In this document: positions 8,486 to 18,413 of the stretch, one piece after another
Position numbering within the stretch: position 1 is the first letter of the stretch
How the letters are laid out: each line of letters starts with the position of its first letter
Assembly (NCBI RefSeq): GCF_000018105.1
Contig: NC_009925.1
Span: 4,470,001-4,502,000, forward strand
Reading direction: 5' to 3'
Length of the DNA stretch: 32,000 nucleotides
Source: Acaryochloris marina MBIC11017
GTDB taxonomy: Bacteria; Cyanobacteriota; Cyanobacteriia; Thermosynechococcales; Thermosynechococcaceae
Position numbers and translations under genes: made by a program
Notes under the pieces: model-generated
Seen by the model: the letters and a program-made list of their open reading frames with translations, nothing else
Databases searched by the model: none
Told to the model about the DNA's origin: nothing

Positions 8486-9811
8486 TCAGTCTCTAGAAAA
8501 TTGGTAAAAACTCTGTCCCTTTGGTTGCCTACTAGAAGCCACTGTGACCTTTGAAGCATGCTCAGGTGTAAACTCAACAGCCTGGGTATCAGAATGATCT
8601 AATTTGACTACAGGTCGATCTGATGGTGGCAGAATGTGGGTTGCCTTTAACTCAGGTACATAGGTTTCATAGGGATGAAAGGGCTTCAAAATTAGAAATG
8701 AATAAAAAGTTGAAGCCCCTAATAACGTCGGCCAAAAAATCAGTTTGGGAATGATGTTGTCTTCATAGGAAATGAACTTGAACTGGCTGGAATACTTATC
8801 ATGAGTAAATAAGTAGGCATCCACTGCCACCCCGAGTAAAGCCGTATACATGGCCAGATAGAAATACTCTATATAAATAATTCCAGATCCTGGAAACTCT
8901 TGCCGAATCTGAATATGGGCAATCAGCACAACGAAGAATAATGCTGAACATACCCCCAACACTCCAGAGGTATTGAAGCCAAAAATATCTGCTTGCCCTT
9001 CCCTAGCAGTGATAGTCAGCAATGTCGCAAACAATAAAATGGCTGAAATCAGCAGTGGAACTAAGTTGACAATAAAGGCCCCTAAAAATTCTCGTCTAAG
9101 CACAATATTGAAATAGAGTTCTGGTGTTTCTGGCAAGGGTTTGTCCAAGCCAAAATCCATATCATACCGGGGCGTTTTGAAGTCAAAAAATGTCTCTTCG
9201 ACTTTCCAATCCCCCAGCACAATACTTTTATCAAATCCAAAGGCATCTCCAGGTTGAGTGGACGAATAAGCCTTGAGATCGGGAACCAGGACGTTACTTC
9301 GACCAAAGTCTTTACCCCAAATTCGGATCCAAACGGTTTTGTGGTCTAGCGGGTATTTTTGATAGTTAAAGCGCTGCTTTAAGGTTGATTCAAAATACCA
9401 ACCAATCACCTCTTCTTGATCATTAATGTCACGTCGATAGGCTTGTTGGGGTTCTAGATTCTCACCCGAATCAACGGCTTCTGGCAATATAAACCCAACC
9501 GGCACGTCCTGGTCGGCAGGAATATCGGCAAAGACTGATTTATTATACTTCTGCCAAATATAGCCTGTGATATTTACTTCAGTAGCATTGTTGAACTTGA
9601 GAGACTGTAAAAAGACCCCTGTTGGAATCGCATCAGATTCTTTGAGGGATACCCCACGCTTTTTTAGGTGGGGAATAATCTCGCCTTCCTTTGCAAGCTG
9701 CTCTAAGTTGGGCTGATACGAATGATCAATCCGAAACCACATCAGACCAATCAGCACGATAAAGAAAATTGAGGTCCCTGAAGAAATCCACCACCAGCGT
9801 TTTGTATTCAT
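8486..9811 (-). CDS. Membrane protein resembling a prokaryotic pentameric ligand-gated ion channel (Cys-loop superfamily)
   Basis: The listed ORF starts at TTG 9820, and the in-frame ATG at 9811 (MNTKRWWW) is more likely. Layout is an N-terminal anchor, a ~215-aa extracytoplasmic domain and 4 TM helices. 'YQKYPLDHKTVWIRIW' matches the FPFDxQxxxLxF Cys-loop signature. Pre-M1 'IVLRREFLGAFIVNLVPLLISAILLF' carries the conserved Arg and M1 Pro. The post-M2 segment is 'EFPGSGIIYIEYFY'. Confidence 0.45.
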   Translation of the reverse strand: MNTKRWWWISSGTSIFFIVLIGLMWFRIDHSYQPNLEQLAKEGEIIPHLKKRGVSLKESDAIPTGVFLQSLKFNNATEVNITGYIWQKYNKSVFADIPADQDVPVGFILPEAVDSGENLEPQQAYRRDINDQEEVIGWYFESTLKQRFNYQKYPLDHKTVWIRIWGKDFGRSNVLVPDLKAYSSTQPGDAFGFDKSIVLGDWKVEETFFDFKTPRYDMDFGLDKPLPETPELYFNIVLRREFLGAFIVNLVPLLISAILLFATLLTITAREGQADIFGFNTSGVLGVCSALFFVVLIAHIQIRQEFPGSGIIYIEYFYLAMYTALLGVAVDAYLFTHDKYSSQFKFISYEDNIIPKLIFWPTLLGASTFYSFLILKPFHPYETYVPELKATHILPPSDRPVVKLDHSDTQAVEFTPEHASKVTVASSRQPKGQSFYQFSRD

Positions 9812-10000
9812 CACTTGCAACCGTTCAAGTTCAGTAGAATCGTGCCACTAAGCGGAAGTAACAGGAATTCTACTAAAGTCGAAGGGCTTGTATTGGCCTG
9901 GTGACGTTGAACGTGGCTTCCCAGTGCATCTAAAGTGCCAGTGAGCAGCCAATCTCAAAGGCTAGGAACTATGGGCCAGGGATTCTCCTCTTTCACGCAC

Positions 10001-10037
10001 TAAAAAAGCAGGATTTCCAATGAAAGGAAATCCTGCT
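10001..10037 (-). terminator. Rho-independent terminator of the petCA operon
   Basis: 12-bp perfect stem (10007-10018 / 10026-10037, AGCAGGATTTCC/GGAAATCCTGCT) with a 7-nt loop. On the minus strand TTTTTT (complement of 10002-10007) follows it. It lies 30 nt downstream of the petA stop. Confidence 0.8.
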
Positions 10038-10066
10038 GATTTCAAAGAAATGAATCGTGTGATGTG

Positions 10067-11014
10067 TTAGAAGTTCATTTCGGCAGCTTGGACTTTCTCG
10101 ACTTGCTTCTTCTTTAGAACCAGAAGTGTTTGAGAAATCATAATGGCTGAGAAGAAGACCATCAACCACTTAATCCGAGTGCCACTCTGCAACACAATTT
10201 CGGTATCTTTTTGACCAAAACCACCCACATTGGGGTCAGAACTGAGGGGGGCACCATCAGCCACAGCCTGTCCTTCTGAGACCACAACTTCTAAACCAGC
10301 GGGAATCGACTCAGTGACGGTCTGACCATCATTAGTGGTGATGGTCACGGAATTTTCACTGACGCTGCTGACTAAACCGGCAGCAGGAGAAGTAACGGCA
10401 TTGACGTTCGTCTTGTCACCTGTGGGATAAATCTGACCACGCCCACGGTTACCACCTGCATGAACAGAGTATTTGCCAAAGTGGATATTGGGATCTGTTG
10501 CTGGGTCAGGAGAAAGGACGGGGAAGATAATTTCCTGGTGGTCAGCACCCGATAGAGGGCCGACGACGATTACATTATCCGTATCAGGCTTGTACTTCTG
10601 GTAAAAGACGCCGTTAATCTCTTCCTTCATCTTTTCAGGAATCCGATCATCGGGGGCAATTTGGAAGCCATCGGGCAGCATCAGAACTGCACCAACATTT
10701 AGAGGACCTAGGTCACCGCTACCTAGGACTTGCTGGGCATCCGTGTCATAAGGAATTTTGATAACGGCCTCAAACACTGTATCGGGTAGGACGGCCTGGG
10801 GGACTTCTACTTGGGTGGGCTTAGCTGCAAGGTGGCAGTTAGCACAAACAATACGACCGTTGGCTTCTCTAGGGCTATCGTAGGCTTGTTGAGCGTAGAT
10901 TGGAAAAGCCTGAGCAGCTTGGGGTAAGGAAAAGACGCTAGTGACGACAAGGAAGAGCGCAGCCAGGAGGCGAAGGCTCTTTTTCGTCAAGACGGATAAA
11001 AGGCTTTGCTTCAT
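10067..11014 (-). CDS. petA: Apocytochrome f
   Basis: Signal peptide followed by the mature N-terminus 'FPIYAQQAYDSPREANGRIVCANCHLA' (heme CxxCH), and a C-terminal TM anchor. ATG start. Confidence 0.97.
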   Translation of the reverse strand: MKQSLLSVLTKKSLRLLAALFLVVTSVFSLPQAAQAFPIYAQQAYDSPREANGRIVCANCHLAAKPTQVEVPQAVLPDTVFEAVIKIPYDTDAQQVLGSGDLGPLNVGAVLMLPDGFQIAPDDRIPEKMKEEINGVFYQKYKPDTDNVIVVGPLSGADHQEIIFPVLSPDPATDPNIHFGKYSVHAGGNRGRGQIYPTGDKTNVNAVTSPAAGLVSSVSENSVTITTNDGQTVTESIPAGLEVVVSEGQAVADGAPLSSDPNVGGFGQKDTEIVLQSGTRIKWLMVFFSAIMISQTLLVLKKKQVEKVQAAEMNF

Positions 11015-11087
11015 TAGTCTATCAATTGAAACCTGACAAGATGTGACGGGGCAGAAGGGATAAATCAGCTTAAACGTTCAAGGAAAC

Positions 11088-11627
11088 TTAGACCCACCAG
11101 GGATCCTTATCTGTACGGAAATCAGTTTCTGTCCAGGTTGTGAACACCAGCTTGCCATCTACATCTTCTGCATGAACGAGGGCCAAAGATAATGGTGCAG
11201 GCCCTCGCACCACCTTGCCGGTTGAATCATACTGTGACCCATGACAAGGGCAAATATATTTGTTTTGGCCTGCATTCCAGGGAACAACACAACCCAAGTG
11301 AGTACAGACCGCATTTAGACCATAGTCTGCGATCTCATTGCTATCTGTGACAACAACGTAGGTTGGATCTCCTTTGAAACCTTGGGTTAAAGTGCGGTCA
11401 CCCGGGCTATGTTCTGCCAAAAACTCACTGACCACAACGTCGTTACCAAGGGCGTCTTTGGCGTTCAGCCCACCCCCAGATCCTCCACTCGAAGGAGGAA
11501 TAAAGTACCTGACGACAGGGTATAACCCACCTAACGCGGTGCCGGTAATTGCACCAAAGGTCAGCAAATTCATAAATTGACGCCGCCCCATATCGGGGAC
11601 GTCAGAAGATCCAGAGACTTGAGCCAT
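11088..11627 (-). CDS. petC: Cytochrome b6f Rieske iron-sulfur subunit
   Basis: Tat-type 'RRQFMNLL' and Rieske boxes '[10 protein letters not shown]' and 'CPCHGSQY'. It lies directly upstream of petA. Confidence 0.97.
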   Translation of the reverse strand: MAQVSGSSDVPDMGRRQFMNLLTFGAITGTALGGLYPVVRYFIPPSSGGSGGGLNAKDALGNDVVVSEFLAEHSPGDRTLTQGFKGDPTYVVVTDSNEIADYGLNAVCTHLGCVVPWNAGQNKYICPCHGSQYDSTGKVVRGPAPLSLALVHAEDVDGKLVFTTWTETDFRTDKDPWWV

Positions 11628-11936
11628 GATTTACGGTGATGTTACTGATGTAATGGACAGCATTAGAGCCTGACCCTATGGAATTGCTCATGCTCGGAAT
11701 AGTGTATTCCTAACTCAGAATTGATCTGTGATCGATGACTGAGTTAAAGACATGTTGCAAATCACCATCAGGTGTCATAACATTTCTTGACATTATTATC
11801 ACACTTGATGAGCCCGTATTTCATACGAAATGTAAATTCATTGCGGCCAATCCCAGGATCTACCTTATCTGTGAGCTTGCTTCTCCTTCCCAGGACAGGA
11901 CAGAATAGAGACTTCACAGACATGGGATGAAGGCGG

Positions 11937-12254
11937 ATGACCGGCGAAGAACTGCATCAACTCCTGATCAATAAATGGGGGCGGTCTTACGATATTCAGC
12001 TGCGCCGCACCCAAGGCAAAATCTTTGTTCAAGTCATGTGGCGCTATCTAGAACAAGCTTCATTTCCCATGTCAGAACCCGAATATTTTGAGCATTTAGG
12101 TGCGATCGCAACCTATATACGGGGGTGGGATGCGGTCCAGCAAGTCGAAGAATATATTCAAGCCACGAAACAAAGGCCCCGGTTGGGGAAAGCCGTCAGC
12201 ATCCCCCTAGAACTGGGTGGGAGGACCTCTGAATGGCTGCTGGAGCAGTTCTAG
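11937..12254 (+). CDS. Small conserved cyanobacterial/plastid-type protein (DUF3067-like)
   Basis: 105 aa with an ATG start. 'WGRSYDIQLRR...VQVMWRYLEQASFP' matches my recollection of the DUF3067 family. The family name is from memory only. Confidence 0.5.
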   Translation: MTGEELHQLLINKWGRSYDIQLRRTQGKIFVQVMWRYLEQASFPMSEPEYFEHLGAIATYIRGWDAVQQVEEYIQATKQRPRLGKAVSIPLELGGRTSEWLLEQF

Positions 12255-12260
12255 TCTCGA

Positions 12261-13046
12261 CTAGTGGCCCGTCAGTATGACTAAACCAATGCCCCCGAAA
12301 TAGAGGCCCACTACAGCGCCCCCCAGCAAGCTTTGGGTCAGGGGATCCGTTGAGGGGGTCAGTACTGCACCCAGGATGGCAGCGCCCAGAATCACGTATC
12401 GCCACCCAGACAACATTTGGCGACTGGATACAATGCCCGTGAGTCCTAATAGAAGCTGGATCACGGGAATCTGGAAAGCAATCCCCGTACTGAACAACAG
12501 CAGCAAGACGAATTCAAAGTAGCGATCAATCGACCAAAGCTGCTCAACCACATCTCCACCGTATTGGATGAAGAAATTGAGGGCTGCTGGAATCAGGGCC
12601 ACATAGGCAAATAAGATTCCCACAAAAAAGAGCACGGAGGAACCGAGGACAATCGGACCTAACAGCCGCCGTTCCGAACGGGTCAATCCCGGCAACACAA
12701 ACTGAATAATTTGGTACAGGATAAATGGGCTGGCTACCAGAATGCCGCTATAGGCAGCGACTTTGAGGGAGACAAAGAAGTATTCTCCAGGTGCGAGCTG
12801 CAGAAATTTAACCCCTTGAGCTGGGCGCTCTAAAACTTTGACGATTAAGTTGACCTTAAAGAAGCAACCGACGATTGCGATCGCAACCGCGATCAGCGCA
12901 TAAAAAATTCGAAAACGCAGTTCCTCTAAATGCTCGAACAATGACATTTCCACATCATTAAGCCCATCATCTGGCTGGATGTCGGCATCCGTTGGGGCCT
13001 TGGAGGGTGCTGTTTCTAGGTCAGAAGGAGTCACAGGCAAGCTCAA
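12261..13046 (-). CDS. tatC: Sec-independent (twin-arginine) protein translocase subunit TatC
   Basis: '[23 protein letters not shown]' plus six TM helices. The listed start is TTG, so the exact start is uncertain. N-terminal acidic extensions are typical of cyanobacterial TatC. Confidence 0.92.
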   Translation of the reverse strand: MSLPVTPSDLETAPSKAPTDADIQPDDGLNDVEMSLFEHLEELRFRIFYALIAVAIAIVGCFFKVNLIVKVLERPAQGVKFLQLAPGEYFFVSLKVAAYSGILVASPFILYQIIQFVLPGLTRSERRLLGPIVLGSSVLFFVGILFAYVALIPAALNFFIQYGGDVVEQLWSIDRYFEFVLLLLFSTGIAFQIPVIQLLLGLTGIVSSRQMLSGWRYVILGAAILGAVLTPSTDPLTQSLLGGAVVGLYFGGIGLVILTGH

Positions 13047-13167
13047 GCGATTAATTCAATCCCCATTATAGTTTTGTGAAGGGGAACGCTCCGGTTAATT
13101 CCGTAGTTGACGAATATCCAAATTTGCATAAGGTTAAAGTGAGTCACCCAGTAGTGAGAAATCAGCC

Positions 13168-13578
13168 ATGATTGATCGGCTATTACCTCTATTCGCTAGA
13201 GGGTTTCTATCGGCAGTTTTTATCCGTTCCGGCGTTGCTCACTGCTTCAATTTTGCAGGGACTCAACAAGCAATCACTAGCAAGGGGCTTCCTGCTGGTT
13301 TAGCCCTCATCATGGCCATTGGAGCGGTCTTATTGTTGCTGGGCGGGGGGCTATCTGTCCTATTTGGCTTGAAAGCGCGTTGGGGTGCGATCGCATTGAT
13401 CGTTTTTTTAGTGCCTGCGACGTTGATGTTCCATCTCAACCTGGCCGATCAAATGGAACAAATCCAGTTCTTCAAAAACATGAGTTTAATCGGTGGGCTT
13501 CTGCTCCTCGCTCAACACGGACCCGGTCGATACAGTTTTGATAATCAAGAACTGCGTCGGAGCTATGGAAAATGGTAG
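13168..13578 (+). CDS. DoxX-family membrane protein
   Basis: 136 aa with 4 hydrophobic helices. 'FLSAVFIRSGVAH' and 'MFHLN...FFKNMSLIGGLLLL' are typical of DoxX. Confidence 0.65.
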   Translation: MIDRLLPLFARGFLSAVFIRSGVAHCFNFAGTQQAITSKGLPAGLALIMAIGAVLLLLGGGLSVLFGLKARWGAIALIVFLVPATLMFHLNLADQMEQIQFFKNMSLIGGLLLLAQHGPGRYSFDNQELRRSYGKW

Positions 13579-13660
13579 GTTAAACTCGTGTAGAGACTGA
13601 GCGCTTCAATTCCCTCACCGTCCCATTCCCATTTTGTAACGACTGCATTAGGTCAAATCC

Positions 13661-14410
13661 ATGACCAAAGTTTCATCTCTCCCTCAAAACATATGGCATT
13701 GGTTTGCCGACCATGTGATTTCACCTGTGAGACACACACTCTTGTCTGACTTGGCGGCTAGCGTGTTGGTTCAACTGAAACAGTTTGTTCATCGCTGCTC
13801 TCAAGGGATTAGTCGGCAGGGACTAGGGGTTTGGGTCGTGGCCCTCACGGGTGCATTCTGCCTTATGGCTTGGAACGGGATGTTACTGATTGCTCTATCC
13901 ATAGGCATCGGGACAGCACTGCTCATCCAACAACAGCTGGCAACCCCACTCTTCGCATGGTCTGCCGTTGTCAAATGGTTATCTAGCTCTCACTCCACCA
14001 CTGTTATAGCTATTGCTGGTGGCCTATTGTCCTTAACTGCTAGTTATTTAACCTTGCAAATCTGGCAAGACACGAATAGCTTTGGACTCGCGTTCGCCAT
14101 TCTGTTGCAGGGACTAGGTTTGTTAGGGGTTCTTGGTCTCTTTGGCTGGCAACTCCTCAAGCAAGAAAAGGGGCATCCCCCCATCAGCCAACTTGATGGT
14201 TGGATCAATCATTTGACTGCCCTCGATCCACTCAAACGACTGATTGCCGTTCGGAGAATTTGTCACTATCTTGAATCATCCCCCTTCAATGATATTCAAG
14301 CCCAAGAAATACGAGAGTATTTACAGTTGCTGCAAGAGCAAGAGCAAACCCCCTCGATCCAGAAGGCGATCTCTCAGGGGTTAGAGATAATCGATTTCTC
14401 CTTACAGTAA
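13661..14410 (+). CDS. Hypothetical membrane protein with a soluble helical C-terminal domain
   Basis: 249 aa with an ATG start, about 4 TM helices and a helical tail ('LDPLKRLIAVRRICHYLE'). No recognised family. Confidence 0.5.
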   Translation: MTKVSSLPQNIWHWFADHVISPVRHTLLSDLAASVLVQLKQFVHRCSQGISRQGLGVWVVALTGAFCLMAWNGMLLIALSIGIGTALLIQQQLATPLFAWSAVVKWLSSSHSTTVIAIAGGLLSLTASYLTLQIWQDTNSFGLAFAILLQGLGLLGVLGLFGWQLLKQEKGHPPISQLDGWINHLTALDPLKRLIAVRRICHYLESSPFNDIQAQEIREYLQLLQEQEQTPSIQKAISQGLEIIDFSLQ

Positions 14411-14471
14411 GTTGCCACTGCCTGCAGCCACCCTATCTTTTCTCAGGGAGTAGCTGCAATCAAAATACACG

Positions 14472-15227
14472 CTATTTTGTAGCTGCAGGTGGCTCAGCCG
14501 CATTAGGATCCTTACAGGCTGGATTATAGCTATAGGCTGTTTTCCAATTACTGACTGTCTTCTTATTAATCGGAATCAAGATTTTATTGCCGTTGGAAAG
14601 AGTAAGTCGAGCCCGAGTTTCTTTGAGGGGGGCCTGAGACAGAAGACTGGCAATACCCGAATCAACCACAAAGATATTGCGCGTCATATACCAAGTACCG
14701 CTGGTTGTTTTATTCCCAAAGAAACTGGTATTTGTATAGTCTTGGGAAAAAACTTTTGGCTGAGATGCCGACTGAGGCGGTAGTTCAACCAGCTGACCGC
14801 CAATTCCAAGTTCTAGTAAAGTGGGTATGATTGCCGTGGGATCCACACGCCCTTGAGCGGGGGCATGTTGAATAATCATTTCTACAAAACAGCCTTCGAT
14901 TTTACTGCCCCATAGGGAGATAAATGCGCTGCGTCCTGGAGCTGGCTTACGGGAACGGCCGAAAATAGACCCGTCTAAGTCATTGCCAACAAGATGCCGA
15001 TCGGCGGTTACTTTGCCTAAGGGTGTATCAACTAAACTCTCTCGGATATCGACGGTTTTCTTAAAGGGGAGTTTTTTGCCTCCCCACTGCAATCCTTGAG
15101 TCGTGGTCAAATTATCTTCATAAATGGCGTCATCTTTTCCCGCTAGAGCGACATCTGCAGTCATTGAGCCAGCAAAAGTCAAGCTAACGGCGGTAAAACC
15201 TACAAGAGCTGATTTTTTTAAAGTCAT
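14472..15227 (-). CDS. Secreted hypothetical protein
   Basis: The listed ORF starts at TTG 15236, and the in-frame ATG at 15227 gives MTLKKSALVGFTAVSLTFAGSMTADVALA, a signal peptide. No recognised domain. It lies 56 nt (counting from the ATG) downstream of the S1 protease gene on the same strand. Confidence 0.55.
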   Translation of the reverse strand: MTLKKSALVGFTAVSLTFAGSMTADVALAGKDDAIYEDNLTTTQGLQWGGKKLPFKKTVDIRESLVDTPLGKVTADRHLVGNDLDGSIFGRSRKPAPGRSAFISLWGSKIEGCFVEMIIQHAPAQGRVDPTAIIPTLLELGIGGQLVELPPQSASQPKVFSQDYTNTSFFGNKTTSGTWYMTRNIFVVDSGIASLLSQAPLKETRARLTLSNGNKILIPINKKTVSNWKTAYSYNPACKDPNAAEPPAATK

Positions 15228-15282
15228 TTTGATCAATTAAGCGAGGTAGAGAGTTTTAAAAATCTATTGAATAACGGTAGAC

Positions 15283-16185
15283 CTAGCATCGACTGCCTGC
15301 ACAGACGGGAGATTGGCCAGTTCCTTTCGGACGAATCGGTTTGGGGCGTGAGGGGAGCCGTGGTGTTCCTGTCGGCGTCGTGGATGTGGGCTGGAAGCCA
15401 GGAGGTTGGACCGCAGGAGTTTGCTGTTGAGCGGTAGGCGTCGGCTTGGGAGTTGGCGGTTTAGCCGTGGGCTGGGCTTTAAAATCTAGTTTTATTCCCA
15501 CTTTGGGGGCGATAGATAAGAACGTTTTGATGGGAATTCCTAGGTTCAAACCTGCTTTCACTTGCACATCACCCTGGACATCCGTTTCTGCTCGACCATG
15601 GATACCCACTAATTCACCGTTGGTATTGAGGACAGGACCTCCACTCATGCCTTTACGGGTAATGTTGGTATAAATCAGGGAATATCCGTCTTTTGCTTTG
15701 GGATTGACCCCCGATACTTTGCCATCGGTAAATTGGAAAATCCGATTTTCAATCGCTTGGCCTGGATCGGGATAGCCAGCGGTATAGACCACTGAACCAA
15801 TTCCTGCTTCTTCGGACTTCGCTAGCTTGGCACTCATGTAGTTTTTATCGCTAGTAAAGGTCACCACTGCTAAATCAACACCGGGGAATTTCTTCACCGT
15901 TTGATATTTCACCGGATGTTTTTTCCCGTCTTGGGTGACAACATGATATTCAAAATCCGAATGTCTAACGACATGTTCTGCCGTTAGCACCGTATAGGTT
16001 TTATCTTTCTTGTTGATGATTACCCCAGACCCTGGATAATCACTAGCAATCAAAACAGTAAAATTCTTAGCACTTTTGCCAATTTGGCTAGATGGCAAAC
16101 TCAAAGCAACCTGCGTTTGTAGACAAACAACGCTTGCTGTCAGCATTCCACCCAAAACTACCGTTGGATTATTGTTAAAGCGCAT
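15283..16185 (-). CDS. Secreted trypsin-like (S1/chymotrypsin fold) serine protease with a Pro/Thr-rich C-terminal tail
   Basis: Signal peptide and a catalytic triad context of 'LTAEHVV' (His), 'VDLAVV' (Asp) and 'GMSGGPVL' (Ser). The tail is 'KPPTPKPTPTAQQQTPAVQPPGFQPTSTTPTGTPRLPSRPKPIRP' and ends in CAGSRC. Confidence 0.8.
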   Translation of the reverse strand: MRFNNNPTVVLGGMLTASVVCLQTQVALSLPSSQIGKSAKNFTVLIASDYPGSGVIINKKDKTYTVLTAEHVVRHSDFEYHVVTQDGKKHPVKYQTVKKFPGVDLAVVTFTSDKNYMSAKLAKSEEAGIGSVVYTAGYPDPGQAIENRIFQFTDGKVSGVNPKAKDGYSLIYTNITRKGMSGGPVLNTNGELVGIHGRAETDVQGDVQVKAGLNLGIPIKTFLSIAPKVGIKLDFKAQPTAKPPTPKPTPTAQQQTPAVQPPGFQPTSTTPTGTPRLPSRPKPIRPKGTGQSPVCAGSRC

Positions 16186-16380
16186 CGTTTTTGCCCACTT
16201 ACCTTAGAGAAATCATACTCAAGGTCTCCAAGAACTTCAATGATGATGCCTTCCTTAAGAAAAAACTGATCAAGGAAATGTCTCAATTTTCTGGACTTAA
16301 GATGACACTGCACCAACCTCTAACCCAAAGGATTTAGCAATCCACTTTTGGGTGAGTTTACTGAAAGTAGCATCACAATT

Positions 16381-17103
16381 ATGGACGAACGGTTTACGGT
16401 TGAGGTCATTTCCCACACCCCCAATCCCCAGCAGATTACCTATGCTGCCATGCATCAGGACTATGCTGAACAGTTGGTCGTGACGGATCGGAATCAATGG
16501 CCCGAAGAAGCGAAATGCGGAGAGTTGGTGATTAAGAATCTGCTCCAAGGCAATCGTGGACATTATGGCCCCCTGGAGCATCCTCAAATCGTGCTCAACT
16601 TTGGCTATTTCCCCCACAGCACCATGCAACAAATGCGGACCCATCGAAATGTATCTTTCGATGTGCAGTCCTTCCGATACACAGGGCAACGAATTTTAGA
16701 TGTGGTAGCTGGCACCCAAGAACTAGAAGATGTTTTCTACTTGCGTCCTGTGGGCACCTACACCAATCGCCAGGGTAAAAAGTATGACTATAGTCTGGAG
16801 CAACGCCAGCAAGATGTAGACTGGTGCCGCCAGGCCTGCCAACGCTATGCCGAAAGAATTGACCAGGGATTAGCAGAAGAGCATGCTCGGGGACTTATTC
16901 CCTTTGATGTCCGCCAGCATTGGGTGATGAGCGCGAATGCTCGATCCCTGATGCATCTACTAGATATTCGCGGTAAGTACGATGTCCAGATGGAAACGCG
17001 GGTGATGACGGAGCTGATGTTTACTCAGTTTCAGCAGTGGATGCCAGAGGTGGCTGCTTGGTATGAGAAGACCCGCTGGCGCAAGGGACCTTTAGCCCCC
17101 TAA
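16381..17103 (+). CDS. thyX: FAD-dependent thymidylate synthase ThyX
   Basis: ThyX motif 'THRNVSFDVQSFRY' (RHRxxSxxxxSxRY type). The listed ORF starts at TTG 16348, and the ATG at 16381 (MDERFTVEVI) is the likely start. Confidence 0.9.
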   Translation: MDERFTVEVISHTPNPQQITYAAMHQDYAEQLVVTDRNQWPEEAKCGELVIKNLLQGNRGHYGPLEHPQIVLNFGYFPHSTMQQMRTHRNVSFDVQSFRYTGQRILDVVAGTQELEDVFYLRPVGTYTNRQGKKYDYSLEQRQQDVDWCRQACQRYAERIDQGLAEEHARGLIPFDVRQHWVMSANARSLMHLLDIRGKYDVQMETRVMTELMFTQFQQWMPEVAAWYEKTRWRKGPLAP

Positions 17104-17177
17104 TGATCGTCAACTGGATCTTGTTGCATGGTCCCATGTACAACGGTGCTATTGATTCCCCCAGTGAAAGGTCCTCC

Positions 17178-18413
17178 ATGTCTAAGGTTCATGTGCAAGT
17201 GTTGCGGATGGTGGGAGTTGCGATCGCAACTCCAATCCTGACCTTATCCACCGCCGAAGCCAAGCTAGAAAACAGTCACAAGGCGCTGGTTGATCAAGCC
17301 TGGCAAATCGTTCAGGAAGAATATGTCGACCGCACCTTCAATCAGCAGGATTGGCAAGAAGTCCGCCAAGACTATTTAAGTCGTTCCTATACCTCCAAGC
17401 AGGACGCCTACGTCGCTGTCAGCAAAATGGTCAGGAAGCTGCAAGATCCTTACACCCGCTTTCTCACCCCCGATGGCATCAAGGATCTCGTCGATAATGT
17501 GTCAGGTGGATTTATTGGTGTGGGTGTCACCGTCTCCCTTGATCCCTTAACCCGAGAGTGGCAGGTGATCGAAACTGTAGCGGACTCTCCTGCTGATGCG
17601 GCTGGCATTCAACCTCAAGATATTGTCGTCAGCATCAACGGCACCCCGACCTCAGAGATTAACCCCCGTCAGGCCAGCGAATATATCATTGGTGCCGTGG
17701 GGAGTAAGGTCACCGTCCAGATTCGCCGAGGCAAAGAATTTTCCCGCTATAAGCTGGTGCGGGAGAAGATTGATGTCAATCCCTTGGTCTATGAAGTGCA
17801 GGAAACGTCGAAAGGGAAAGTCGGCTATATTCGGATGCCGGTTTTCACCACCAAATCGGCAAAAGCGATGAAAACAGCCCTGACGGATTTAGAGAAGCAA
17901 CAGGTCAAAGGGTATGTCCTTGATCTACGCCAAAACCCTGGCGGCGTCTTTGATGCCAGTATTGACATTGCCCGCATGTGGATGGGAAAAGACCGCTTAA
18001 TTTCTAGTGTGGATGAAAAAGGTAAAAAACAAGACTTTTTTGCCTATGGCCCCGTCTTGACCAACAAACCCCTGGTGATTTTGATCGATGAAAAATCCGC
18101 CAGCGCCAGTGAAGTGTTAGCTGCTGCGCTCCAAGATCACAAACGGGCTCAGCTCGTCGGCACCCCTACGTTTGGTAAAGGGGTGGTTCAAGTCCTCAAA
18201 AGTCTTGAAGATGGCTCTGGATTGGTGGTCACCGTCGCGAAGTACTATACGCCCAAGGGTAAGAATATTAACCAGATTGGTATCAAGCCTAATATTTTTG
18301 TCAAAAGTGAGGAAGGCAAACCTTTTAAGCCGCAACCTGGCCAGGTTTTACCACCGGAATCCGATCCTCAATATACTCGGGGGCTCAAGGTCCTAACGAA
18401 AAAGTTGAAATAG
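17178..18413 (+). CDS. Carboxyl-terminal processing protease (S41 family, CtpA/B/C-type) with a PDZ domain
   Basis: PDZ 'GGFIGVGV' and catalytic Ser/Lys context 'DEKSASASEVLAAAL...TFGKGVVQ'. The in-frame ATG at 17178 gives MSKVHVQVLRMVGVAIATPILTLSTAEA, a signal peptide, which is preferred over the listed 17103 start. Confidence 0.88.
   Translation: MSKVHVQVLRMVGVAIATPILTLSTAEAKLENSHKALVDQAWQIVQEEYVDRTFNQQDWQEVRQDYLSRSYTSKQDAYVAVSKMVRKLQDPYTRFLTPDGIKDLVDNVSGGFIGVGVTVSLDPLTREWQVIETVADSPADAAGIQPQDIVVSINGTPTSEINPRQASEYIIGAVGSKVTVQIRRGKEFSRYKLVREKIDVNPLVYEVQETSKGKVGYIRMPVFTTKSAKAMKTALTDLEKQQVKGYVLDLRQNPGGVFDASIDIARMWMGKDRLISSVDEKGKKQDFFAYGPVLTNKPLVILIDEKSASASEVLAAALQDHKRAQLVGTPTFGKGVVQVLKSLEDGSGLVVTVAKYYTPKGKNINQIGIKPNIFVKSEEGKPFKPQPGQVLPPESDPQYTRGLKVLTKKLK

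Noticed and set aside
11628-11936. Promoter hexamers, such as the TTGACA near 11787, in the petC/DUF3067 divergent region
   Set aside because: I could not find a properly spaced -10 element for either candidate -35 on either strand. Calling a promoter would be guesswork.
15543-15552. The T-loop-like GGTTCAAACC as a hint of a tRNA
   Set aside because: It lies inside the S1 protease coding frame. No acceptor, D or anticodon stems can be drawn around it.
16297-16689. Minus-strand 130-aa ORF antisense to the thyX 5' end
   Set aside because: It overlaps the well-supported thyX frame and has no motif.
17103-17177. The listed ATG at 17103, which overlaps the thyX stop, as the CtpA-type protease start
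   Set aside because: The 25 extra residues (MIVNWILLHGPMYNGAIDSPSERSS) would precede and bury the signal peptide that begins at the ATG at 17178. I consider the downstream start more likely, though coupling from 17103 cannot be excluded.
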